This document shows positions 29,385-38,122 of a stretch of 64,000 bases of DNA, piece after piece. How positions within the stretch are numbered: position 1 is the stretch's first letter; each line of letters opens with the position of its first letter. A model generated the notes under the pieces. It ran no database searches. It had not been told where the DNA came from and was given only the letters and a program-made list of their open reading frames with translations. Both the position numbers and the translations under genes were made by a program. This stretch comes from an uncultured Candidatus Saccharibacteria bacterium (lineage in GTDB: Bacteria; Patescibacteriota; Minisyncoccia; Phycocordibacterales; UBA2100), in NCBI GenBank assembly GCA_964648335.1, contig CAZYLZ010000003.1, positions 7,100-71,099 of the forward strand, in the 5' to 3' direction.

Positions 29385-31079
29385 TTATTGCGAACCGCGA
29401 AACAGTCCTCCCTCACTTAAATCTACCACACGTGCGAGTTCATCTAATGAAGTCACTCCTTTGAAAACCTTGACGATGCCATCTTCTTGCATGGTGCGAA
29501 TGTTCTGATGCCAAGATGCTTTCCAGAGGTCTCGGTCCGAAGGGGAGGATCGGATCGTGTTCTCAATCTCGCGGTCCATAAGAATCGCCTCGACAATACC
29601 GATACGTCCGCGGTAGCCGGTATTGCCACACTCGGCACATCCAGCCGCCTTCCACATTTTTTCTTTGCTCTCGGGCATATCTTCCGGATGTGGCATGACT
29701 GCGATGTGGCGATCCATGAGCGCATGTGCCGCGGCGTCGACCGGGATCTCTTGTCGGCAGTGGACGCATAGGCGGCGCACGAGGCGCTGTGCCATTGCAA
29801 GGGTGACTGCAGACCCGAGGATATCCGGCGAGACACCCATGTCGATGAGGCGGGGGAAGGTACCGGCCGCATCGTTGGTATGTAAGGTCGAGAACACTAA
29901 GTGACCAGTCAAGGATGCTTGTACTGCAGTAGACGCCACCTCGCTGTCTCGGATCTCACCAACCATGATCACATCTGGGTCTTGGCGCAATGTACTGCGA
30001 AGTCCTTGGGCAAATGTGTAGTTTTTTTCTACCTGGGTCTGCACGATTCCGGCCAAGTGATACTCGATAGGGTCTTCGATGGTGATTATCTTTATCTCGG
30101 GGCTGTAGATAGTGCGAAGGAATGCATACAACGTGGTCGTCTTACCGGAGCCGGTTGGTCCGGTGTTAAGGATCATGCCGTTGGGCTTATTGATCTCGCG
30201 CCGGAATGTCTCGAGGAGGTATGAGTCGAAACCGAGGTCTTCGAGCTTGAGCTGGATAGTGTGCGGATCGAGGATACGCATCACGACCGATTCGCCATAG
30301 TTTCCGGGGAGAATCGAAGAGCGTATCTCGATCTCGCTGTTGTTTACGTTGATGGTGAAGCGGCCATCTTGCGCGATGTCCTTGAGGTTGAGTTTGAGTC
30401 CCGAGAGCAGCTTGATGCGAGAGATTACGAGTGCGTAGGTTGGGTGGTCGAACTGGAGCACTTCCATGAGGACTCCGTCGAGGCGGTATCGCATACGCAC
30501 GATTTCTTGCTCGGGCTCGATATGGATATCCGAAACCTTGAGTGCGAGTCCTCCCGCCATAAGCACTTCAAGCACGTGCGAGACGCGGTGAGCGTCTTTG
30601 CTTCCCGCAAGCGCGTCGACCTCAGCCTTGACGTCTGACACGGTCTTGAGTTTCTGGAGCATCGTCGTTATCGAATCGTTCGAGAGTGTGAGCATTCCCG
30701 CCTCGGTCTCGGTTGCATAGGAGAGGTCCTTGTATCGATCCCAGGCATGTTCGAGTGACGCTTGCGACACCATGAAGCGTCGTACCTGGTAACCGAGCTT
30801 CTCGATCTCGGCAATCTGGATGAGGGAGTCGGGTCGGTCGGGGGATCGCATCGCGACGAACAGCCTCTTACCGATCTTGCGAAATGGAGCGATCTCGGCG
30901 GCACGCGCGTTCTTCTCTAAGACGAGCCTGAGCGCGTCAGAATCTATTGCCTGGCTCGTAAGGTCTGCGTATTCGACATTATATTTCTGCGAGAGTATCC
31001 GTGCGAGCTCTTCCTCTTCCCTGTGGTGGAGTTCGGATAGTCGTTCTGAGGGTTTTCGGTCATTGAATTGCACTACCAT
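29385..31079 (-). CDS. pilB: type IV pilus / type II secretion assembly ATPase (PilB/GspE family)
   Basis: Walker A ILNTGPTGSGKTTTLYA, Asp box, Walker B VIMVGEIRD, His box, tetracysteine zinc motif CVHC...CAECGNTGYRGRIG. Confidence 0.85.
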   Translation of the reverse strand: MVVQFNDRKPSERLSELHHREEEELARILSQKYNVEYADLTSQAIDSDALRLVLEKNARAAEIAPFRKIGKRLFVAMRSPDRPDSLIQIAEIEKLGYQVRRFMVSQASLEHAWDRYKDLSYATETEAGMLTLSNDSITTMLQKLKTVSDVKAEVDALAGSKDAHRVSHVLEVLMAGGLALKVSDIHIEPEQEIVRMRYRLDGVLMEVLQFDHPTYALVISRIKLLSGLKLNLKDIAQDGRFTINVNNSEIEIRSSILPGNYGESVVMRILDPHTIQLKLEDLGFDSYLLETFRREINKPNGMILNTGPTGSGKTTTLYAFLRTIYSPEIKIITIEDPIEYHLAGIVQTQVEKNYTFAQGLRSTLRQDPDVIMVGEIRDSEVASTAVQASLTGHLVFSTLHTNDAAGTFPRLIDMGVSPDILGSAVTLAMAQRLVRRLCVHCRQEIPVDAAAHALMDRHIAVMPHPEDMPESKEKMWKAAGCAECGNTGYRGRIGIVEAILMDREIENTIRSSPSDRDLWKASWHQNIRTMQEDGIVKVFKGVTSLDELARVVDLSEGGLFRGSQ

Positions 31080-31104
31080 ATGGCAATCATTCTACACCCT
31101 TGTC

Positions 31105-32061
31105 TTATCCCTCGAGCTCTTTTTCGAGGGCATTCACGGCGTCGTTCATGAATCGGCGCGACAATCCCGATCCATCATCGAGCGTGCTGTGGTAGACGCG
31201 CATCAAATTGTCGAAATCACCGCATAAGAGGACTACTTTTTCTTGGACGAGCCTCGAATCCGAGAGGGGGAATGCTAGTTTTACGAATCCAGGATCGGTC
31301 ACTCGGTTTGTCGGGCCGTTTCCGACCGAATCGATGACGATAATCTTCTTTGTGTTCGTGAGGGTGCTTTTGCACTCGTTCTCGAAGCTACGAAATCCAT
31401 GACCCCAGTACACAGGCTTGTCGTACGACAACTCTTCGTTAGCCGAGAAGACAAACAGGGTGTTGGCACGAAGTTCGGGACGAGAAAGAATGACATGCAA
31501 CATCACCGCAACTCCAGACGCGTTGTCGATAGCTCCGGACTCAATACTGTCGTAGTGCGAAAAGACAATCTTGCGCGGACTGGTAGTGTTACCCACAAGA
31601 ATATCGCGCGCACTGTGGTTCACTTTGTTGGCAACAACCGTTGCCTGCACCTTTTTGGCTTTTAAAACGCGCGAGAGAACCGAACGATCGACGGCGATTG
31701 CAGGTGCGAAGTAATGATTACTGCGCGATATCCCTTTCGAGCGAGGGTTAAAGGAAATGTTTGGCGTCTCTTGCAAGACCGAAGAAGAGACGAGAGAGCT
31801 GATAATCGTATAGTTCGAGTCGATAGTACCACTCACGAGGCCGACACCTGCAGCTGGTGTGCGCACGCCGTCGAGAAAGAGCTTTGCTGTGATGCGCGGG
31901 ATGTCTACCTGGAATTCGCGATTCGTGAACGGGATATTGTTTTGTACAAGAACTTTCTCTATAAGAGCAGCTGCTTTCGTCTCGTTCTCGAGCTGTCGCT
32001 CGCCTAGGGCGACGAGCCGTGCAACAAATTCCATCGTGTCGAATTTCTTACGGGATCTCAT
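31105..32061 (-). CDS. M28-family aminopeptidase-like metallopeptidase
   Basis: Zn ligand blocks FSHYDSIESGAIDNASGVAVML and FSANEELS resemble M28 peptidases (H..D...D.ASG; EE). Start at the internal Met. Confidence 0.6.
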   Translation of the reverse strand: MRSRKKFDTMEFVARLVALGERQLENETKAAALIEKVLVQNNIPFTNREFQVDIPRITAKLFLDGVRTPAAGVGLVSGTIDSNYTIISSLVSSSVLQETPNISFNPRSKGISRSNHYFAPAIAVDRSVLSRVLKAKKVQATVVANKVNHSARDILVGNTTSPRKIVFSHYDSIESGAIDNASGVAVMLHVILSRPELRANTLFVFSANEELSYDKPVYWGHGFRSFENECKSTLTNTKKIIVIDSVGNGPTNRVTDPGFVKLAFPLSDSRLVQEKVVLLCGDFDNLMRVYHSTLDDGSGLSRRFMNDAVNALEKELEG

Positions 32062-32143
32062 GTGGTAGAAAAAATGAATGAATAAAGAATAAAAAAGAGG
32101 TGTGGTGGGGCGATAATCGCCCCACCGACCCTCCAAGTGCTCG

Positions 32144-32929
32144 CTATGCGAGCACTGACCACGCATTCGCTATGAATGCGTCGTCTACCACACCATACGA
32201 GTCCCATTTCTCCGTCGCCGGGAAATAGTGCATGCCATCTTTCCATGGCATACGCACGATGAGGGGTGTGATTCCGAGCTTAGCGAACACGCTCGCGAAA
32301 CTCGGCTCGAAGACATCCTCGGTGAATGACCCGAGTGCATCACCCGACTCTCCGCCGTGGAAATCCTCGAATAGGATTCCGTGTGCCAAGAAGGGCATGA
32401 GGTACCACGAGTAATAATCGCGGGCACGCTCGTTCTCCTTCCAAGGCTTACCGGCGTCGATTCTTCGCACGGGACCCAAGAGAGTGTCTTGGAGCTCGTG
32501 ATGATAGTCGACGACCGATCGAGATCCATCATCGAGAACCACGCTCGAAAGCGGGGTTCGCTCCCATTTGGCAATGGTCGCGAGACGCTTCTTGACGACG
32601 ATAGGTCCTCCTTTGCCCAAGCCGGTGCATACGTACGGATTCAACAGCGTACGTTTGTATTTCGAGGCCGAGACAAAGATGTCGCCGGTGCCCTCGAGCC
32701 AGAATGGCGAAAGGCCCCCTTTCAGTGCGAGCTCCCTGAACACGAAGTCCTCGAACCGGGCGGTTGAGATTTGTCGGGCGAGTATCGCGAGATCTGGCAC
32801 TTTTGGAATCTGGGGGAATAGATATCCTTTGCGTTTCCATAAGTACTCGACTTCCTCACGAAGCCCGTTTCTCTGGCGTTTGCCAAGCTCAGCACGCGCC
32901 TCGGCGATCGGGGTGTAGTAGTCAGTCAT
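32144..32929 (-). CDS. hypothetical protein (261 aa)
   Basis: Start at internal Met MTDYYTPIAE... preceded by a GGAGG Shine-Dalgarno on the minus strand; upstream part of the long ORF is likely non-coding. Confidence 0.45.
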   Translation of the reverse strand: MTDYYTPIAEARAELGKRQRNGLREEVEYLWKRKGYLFPQIPKVPDLAILARQISTARFEDFVFRELALKGGLSPFWLEGTGDIFVSASKYKRTLLNPYVCTGLGKGGPIVVKKRLATIAKWERTPLSSVVLDDGSRSVVDYHHELQDTLLGPVRRIDAGKPWKENERARDYYSWYLMPFLAHGILFEDFHGGESGDALGSFTEDVFEPSFASVFAKLGITPLIVRMPWKDGMHYFPATEKWDSYGVVDDAFIANAWSVLA

Positions 32930-33153
32930 CGCTGCCTCCGTTAAAGAACAATCGCCAGATACGAAAAAGAGCCCCGGGCGGGGCTCTTTGGTGTCTGGTT
33001 TTAGGCAAACCGCATCACACAAAAGCCCCTCGGGTGCTACGCATCCAAGTAAAGCAATGTGCGAGTCGTACGGCTTGCATAAATCGATACTACCCGAGCC
33101 TCTAAAGCTGTCAAGCGAACCCTTTGTCGTGCAGGTTGTGCTAGCATGCCGGA

Positions 33154-33585
33154 ATGGAAGAATTAGTGCACTCAAGGGAACAAATGTTCGAAAGAGCAGC
33201 TGAGTTCGTCGAGACTCTCGTGCCAGGAAAAATGGCGACCATCGTTGCACTTTCTGGCGACCTCGGGGCCGGAAAGACCACATTCTCGCAAGGGGTTGCA
33301 CGAGCGCTCGGTGTCGAGGAGCAGGTTACGAGCCCGACCTTCGTGCTCCAAAAGATCTATCTATTGAAGGATCAGTCATTTGACCGACTTGTCCATATGG
33401 ATGCCTACCGGCTCGAGCGCCCCGAGCAGCTGAATGCCCTGGGGTGGAATGAGATTACAAGCGATCCAAAAACCCTAGTACTTCTTGAGTGGCCCGAGCA
33501 TGTCTCTGGGGGTCTGCCGGGGAACGCCCATCGGGTCTCTCTCGTGTTTGTCGACGAGCATACGAGGAAAATCGGCATACGATAG
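33154..33585 (+). CDS. tsaE: tRNA threonylcarbamoyladenosine biosynthesis protein TsaE (YjeE ATPase)
   Basis: Walker A LSGDLGAGKTTF and VTSPTFVLQKIY motif characteristic of TsaE/YjeE. Confidence 0.7.
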   Translation: MEELVHSREQMFERAAEFVETLVPGKMATIVALSGDLGAGKTTFSQGVARALGVEEQVTSPTFVLQKIYLLKDQSFDRLVHMDAYRLERPEQLNALGWNEITSDPKTLVLLEWPEHVSGGLPGNAHRVSLVFVDEHTRKIGIR

Positions 33586-33645
33586 GGATGGTGCGACTTT
33601 CGGTCGTACGCACGAGAGAAAAGTGTCGCATGCTATGATGCCCGC

Positions 33646-36057
33646 ATGACCGCTGCTACGAAGAAGGTGACAGGCAGTAAACGGCTTGTGCTCTTGGATG
33701 CGCATGCCATCATCCACCGCGCATACCACGCACTACCTGACTTCGCGTCATCGACCGGAGAGCCGACCGGCGCCCTCTATGGTCTCTCCTCGATACTCAT
33801 TCGTATCATCCAGGATCTCGAGCCCGACTACATTGCGGCATGCTTCGATCTTCCACAGCCTACGCATCGCCACGAAGCGTTTGAAGGATATAAAGGCACA
33901 CGCAAAGCGACCGACGACAATCTCGTGGCACAGCTCAAGCGCGCACGGGACATCTTTGCGGCATTCTCGATCCCAATCTACGAGGCCCCAGGATTCGAGG
34001 CCGACGATTGTCTGGGAACTATAGTGCACGAACTCAAGAAAAAACCGATTGACATCATCATTGCTTCGGGGGACATGGACACGCTCCAGCTAGTCGAGAA
34101 GAAGAAGGTGCAGGTGTATACACAGCGAAAAGGACCTAATGATATCGTGCTCTATGACGAGGATGCCGTGAACACCCGGTACGGATTCGGTCCGCTGCGC
34201 ATACCCGATTACAAAGGTCTCCGCGGAGATCCGTCGGACAACATTCCAGGCATAAAGGGGATTGGAGAAAAGACTGCAACTCAGCTCATAGTCGCTTTCG
34301 GTACCATCGAGGATATCTACAAGGCACTCAAGAAGGATGACGAAGCCTTGCTGAAAGCGAATATAAAAGGAAAGACTGCAGAGCTCATCAAGGCAGGCGA
34401 GGACGAAGCGGTCTTCTCTAAGATGATCGCGACAATCCGGACCGATGCACCTATCAAATTCGAGATCCCCAAAAAAACCTGGACGGACGGTCTCGATGCG
34501 CAGAAGATCCTTCGGATGTTCGACGAACTCGGGTTCAGGTCGCTTATGCCGCGTGCAAAGAGTCTGTTTGGTATAAAAGAGAAAGGGGAAGAGGTTACCG
34601 GTAACCTCCTTGCGACCGAGCCGGAAAAACCAAAAGAGGCAGTCGATGACCGAGAGCTCAGAGAGACAACTATCGCGCTGTGGCTCCTCAACTCCGACGT
34701 ATCGTACCCGGAACTCGACGACGTCCTGCGCTACGGAAAGACTGAGAGCTTTGCCACTGCAAAGGCGAAGATCTTCGCGGACCTTACTGCTACCGGGCGC
34801 CTGTTCGAGGTCTTCGAAACTATCGAGAAACCACTTATTCCGGTAGTAGAGGCAATGTGCAAGCGCGGCATACGTCTCGATACAAGGTATCTGGCAGACC
34901 TTTCTGCCGAGTACCATACGGTACTCGAGGGCATATCGGCTCGCATCTTCGGACACGTTGGTCACGAGTTCAATATCAGCTCACCAAAACAGCTGGGTGA
35001 CGTCTTGTTCGACGAGCTCCAGCTTGGAGGCCCTAAGCAAAAGAAGACCGCGGGCGGTCAGCGCTCTACTAAAGAAGAGGAGTTGTTGAAACTTGCAGAT
35101 TCGCATCCGATCATCGGCGAGATACTCAGTTTTCGCGAGCTGAGCAAGCTCGTCGGTACCTATGTCGACACCTTGCCGACTATGGTCGATTCTGATTCGC
35201 GTTTGCATACCCGCTTCATGCAGGCAGGCACCACCACCGGCCGCATGGCGTCTTTGGACCCTAATCTCCAGAATATTCCTATAAAGACCGAATACGGCCG
35301 ACGTATCCGCGAAGCATTCGTTGCCGACAAGGGGTACCGGCTCCTGGCTATCGACTACTCGCAGATCGAGCTTCGAATTGCAGCGGCCCTGTCGGGCGAT
35401 ACCAAGCTCATCAGTATCTTCAAAAGCGGGGGTGATGTTCATGCTGCCGTCGCTTCACAGGTGTTCAAGGTTCCAGCTGATGCTGTCGACCGCGAAATGC
35501 GCCGCCGGGCAAAGGTGATTAACTTTGGCATCATTTACGGCATGGGTGTGAATGCGCTGCGCCAGAATCTCGGGAGCGATGTCTCACGCGATGAGAGTGC
35601 GCAGTTTTTGGCAGATTACTTCGATAACTTCCAAGGACTCGCGGCATATTTGGAAAAGGTAAAGGCCGACGCTGCGCGTCTTGGCTACACCGAGACCCTC
35701 TTCGGACGTCGCCGCTCGTTTGCTGGCTTCCGGTCTCCATTGCCGTATGTCCGCGCACAAGCCGAGCGAATGGCGATAAATGCGCCGGTGCAGGGAACGG
35801 CAGCAGACGTGATAAAAAAAGCGACCGTCGATGCAGACCGGATGCTCTCGCGCGAAGGACAGCAAGAGAATGTGCGTCTCTTGCTCCAGGTTCATGACGA
35901 ACTCGTTTACGAAGTAAAGGCGGATCTCGTCGATTCTATGGCGCAAAAACTACGCCATGTCATGTGTGCGGTCGTTATGCCCGAGCAGTTGGGCGGAGTG
36001 CCGTTGGTGGTCGATGCAAAAACAGGGAAGAACTGGGGAGATATGGAAAAGATATGA
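33646..36057 (+). CDS. polA: DNA polymerase I (5'-3' exonuclease + polymerase domains)
   Basis: N-terminal FEN-like domain (LLDAHAIIHRAYHAL, GIKGIGEKTA); polymerase motifs A (DYSQIELR), B (RRRAKVINFGIIYGMG) and C (LLQVHDELVYE). Confidence 0.9.
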   Translation: MTAATKKVTGSKRLVLLDAHAIIHRAYHALPDFASSTGEPTGALYGLSSILIRIIQDLEPDYIAACFDLPQPTHRHEAFEGYKGTRKATDDNLVAQLKRARDIFAAFSIPIYEAPGFEADDCLGTIVHELKKKPIDIIIASGDMDTLQLVEKKKVQVYTQRKGPNDIVLYDEDAVNTRYGFGPLRIPDYKGLRGDPSDNIPGIKGIGEKTATQLIVAFGTIEDIYKALKKDDEALLKANIKGKTAELIKAGEDEAVFSKMIATIRTDAPIKFEIPKKTWTDGLDAQKILRMFDELGFRSLMPRAKSLFGIKEKGEEVTGNLLATEPEKPKEAVDDRELRETTIALWLLNSDVSYPELDDVLRYGKTESFATAKAKIFADLTATGRLFEVFETIEKPLIPVVEAMCKRGIRLDTRYLADLSAEYHTVLEGISARIFGHVGHEFNISSPKQLGDVLFDELQLGGPKQKKTAGGQRSTKEEELLKLADSHPIIGEILSFRELSKLVGTYVDTLPTMVDSDSRLHTRFMQAGTTTGRMASLDPNLQNIPIKTEYGRRIREAFVADKGYRLLAIDYSQIELRIAAALSGDTKLISIFKSGGDVHAAVASQVFKVPADAVDREMRRRAKVINFGIIYGMGVNALRQNLGSDVSRDESAQFLADYFDNFQGLAAYLEKVKADAARLGYTETLFGRRRSFAGFRSPLPYVRAQAERMAINAPVQGTAADVIKKATVDADRMLSREGQQENVRLLLQVHDELVYEVKADLVDSMAQKLRHVMCAVVMPEQLGGVPLVVDAKTGKNWGDMEKI

Positions 36058-36755
36058 TCTACCTCTATCTCGGGGAAGATACGATACTCGCGCGTAAGAA
36101 GCTACGCGAAGCGGTAGACAAGCTCGTGGCGCGCGTACCGGACGCCGATGTCCTCACGATCAATGACGAGAATTATGGTGACGAAAGCATCGACCTACTC
36201 CTACGGGAGCAGGGCCTTTTCTATAAGAAGCGCATACTCATACTCGACGGAGTATTCTCGACCGATGAGCCCGAAGCGTACCTCAAGGCACTGAAAGGGA
36301 TGGAGCAGTCCGAGCACGTGATCTTTGTGCTCGAGCGAAAACTGGACGCAAAAACAAGAAAACTTTTTGAAAAGCACGCGGCAAAGATAACCGAGTTCGA
36401 TACGGCAGAAAAGAAAGCGGCGCACTTTGACGGATTTGCGATCGCTGATCATCTCGGTTCCAAAAACCGCAACGAGCTCTGGCTTGCGTACCGTCGCGGC
36501 ATCCTGCGCGGCGAGCCAGCCGAGCGAATCTACGGGCTCTTATTCTGGGCTGCTAAGGCGCTCTACGCTGCGGCCATAAGCGAGACCCCGAAGGATGCCG
36601 GGCTTAAGGAATATCCGTTTACCAAAAGCAAGCGTGCGGCAAAGAACTTTACACAGAAAGAGCTCGCCAGGATCGTGGCAGACCTGTCGGAGCTGCCTGC
36701 GACCGCGAATATGGAAATGGAGTACGCCCTCGAGCGCTTCGTGCTTTCTATCTAA
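36054..36755 (+). CDS. holA: DNA polymerase III δ subunit-like (HolA family) candidate
   Basis: Start ATG overlaps the polA stop (ATGA); MIYLYLGEDTILARKKL N-terminus and size resemble δ-subunit N-terminal regions; weak similarity only. Confidence 0.5.
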   Translation: MIYLYLGEDTILARKKLREAVDKLVARVPDADVLTINDENYGDESIDLLLREQGLFYKKRILILDGVFSTDEPEAYLKALKGMEQSEHVIFVLERKLDAKTRKLFEKHAAKITEFDTAEKKAAHFDGFAIADHLGSKNRNELWLAYRRGILRGEPAERIYGLLFWAAKALYAAAISETPKDAGLKEYPFTKSKRAAKNFTQKELARIVADLSELPATANMEMEYALERFVLSI

Positions 36756-36781
36756 GGTAAGGCTGAAAGAAGTGAGGGTCC

Positions 36782-38119
36782 GTGTGCATAAGACCTTTTG
36801 ACGTACTACCTAACTCGCGTAGCATTGCAATAACTATGAAATCACACTCTCTTATGCGTCTATGCATCGTCTCCACGATTCTATTCCTTAGCTGTTCAGT
36901 ATTAGTCCTTATGATTCCGGTTCCTGCAAACGCAGTATCGACCGCTTGTATACGCTGTGGTCTCGGACCCAACGATCCTCCCTGTGGCCAGGTCTGTCCC
37001 GACAATACTAATCCGCAATGTGTCGGCGTCTGCACTCCTGGTGTCGGAGGCGACCCTCAGCAGTGCAAGGCAATCAAGTGTACTCAGGGAGATGGATTGG
37101 AAAGCAAGGCGGCGGCGGGCGGAGCAGAGCAGGTCATGAAGATGGCCCAGGATCTGTTAGGAAAGCTCATGCAAGGCGGCGGCGGGGGAGGTGGTGGTGA
37201 CACGCCACAAGCGCCGGTGCAGCAACCTACAACGCCGACGTTGGGCGACAGCTTGCTCAACAATCTCGGCGACCTTAGTAGCGGTTCGAGCTCGATTGGC
37301 GCCGCTTTGAGTAATATTACCGACTCACTGTTGAATGGCAGCACGGCCGAACTCCCGAAAAGCACGGTCACTACCACGTTTGCGACGTCAACGGCGGCGA
37401 CGACCGGTAGCGATGCGGCCGACGATACGGACGACACGACAAAGAAACCGTCCCTCGCGACCGGTTTCGAGAAGCCCAAGTCGGGCTTCGGCGCGTTTTT
37501 CGGTGGAGAGGGCGTGATAAACAGCATCTGCAAATCAAAACCCTGGGAGACGTCAGTGGTGTCGCAGATCTTTCCACCAGCATTCTTCGATTCACTTTGT
37601 TTCAAAATTGGTTACGTAGAGCCTCGACCGGCAGCCAAGGCACCCACTGCGGTCGCTCAGGTACGAGCAAAGCTCTCGTGTCCTGCCGGAGCACGACCTG
37701 GCGATTCTGTTGTAATTGCATGGCAATGCCCAGCAGGGTCGAGAAGTTCTGGTGTCGGATTTGACACGAAGGGACTTTCTCGCGGAGAAGTCGAGATTGC
37801 CGTTGGGTCTTCGACGCGCCGGTTCGATCTTGCGTGCGGACAAGGCGGGTCCGATTCATGTGTTGTCGAGGTGGTCCGTCCGGTGGTGCAAATTGTGGCA
37901 CATCCGGCGCGCGTACCGCTCGGAACTCGATCGAAAGTTTTCTGGACCTCGTCGGGCGTTGTGAGCTGTGAAATAATCGGCCCTAACTTTAAAGAGACAG
38001 GCGTGCAGGGCGCCGCGACGACTGGAACCATCCTCGAATCCACTCCATTCACGATCACGTGCAAAACCGCAGGAGGTATCACGGTCACGGAGTCTACGAC
38101 GATCGATATCGGCAAATAA
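36782..38119 (+). CDS. secreted Cys-/Gly-rich protein, family member 1 (conserved C-x-x-KPW...FFD-x-LC motif; C-terminal Ig-like domain)
   Basis: Signal/TM; Cys-rich N-terminus; Gly-rich helix LLGKLMQGGGGGGGG; motif ICKSKPWETSVVSQIFPPAFFDSLCFKIGYVEP; C-terminal domain paralogous to 38123..39853. Confidence 0.6.
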   Translation: MCIRPFDVLPNSRSIAITMKSHSLMRLCIVSTILFLSCSVLVLMIPVPANAVSTACIRCGLGPNDPPCGQVCPDNTNPQCVGVCTPGVGGDPQQCKAIKCTQGDGLESKAAAGGAEQVMKMAQDLLGKLMQGGGGGGGGDTPQAPVQQPTTPTLGDSLLNNLGDLSSGSSSIGAALSNITDSLLNGSTAELPKSTVTTTFATSTAATTGSDAADDTDDTTKKPSLATGFEKPKSGFGAFFGGEGVINSICKSKPWETSVVSQIFPPAFFDSLCFKIGYVEPRPAAKAPTAVAQVRAKLSCPAGARPGDSVVIAWQCPAGSRSSGVGFDTKGLSRGEVEIAVGSSTRRFDLACGQGGSDSCVVEVVRPVVQIVAHPARVPLGTRSKVFWTSSGVVSCEIIGPNFKETGVQGAATTGTILESTPFTITCKTAGGITVTESTTIDIGK

Positions 38120-38122
38120 GCC

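Noticed and set aside
32185-33105. Multiple 100-130-aa ORFs on both strands between 32.1 and 33.1 kb
   Set aside because: Overlap the better-supported 32144..32929 minus-strand gene (GGAGG RBS, internal Met) or lie in its non-coding upstream extension; no motifs.
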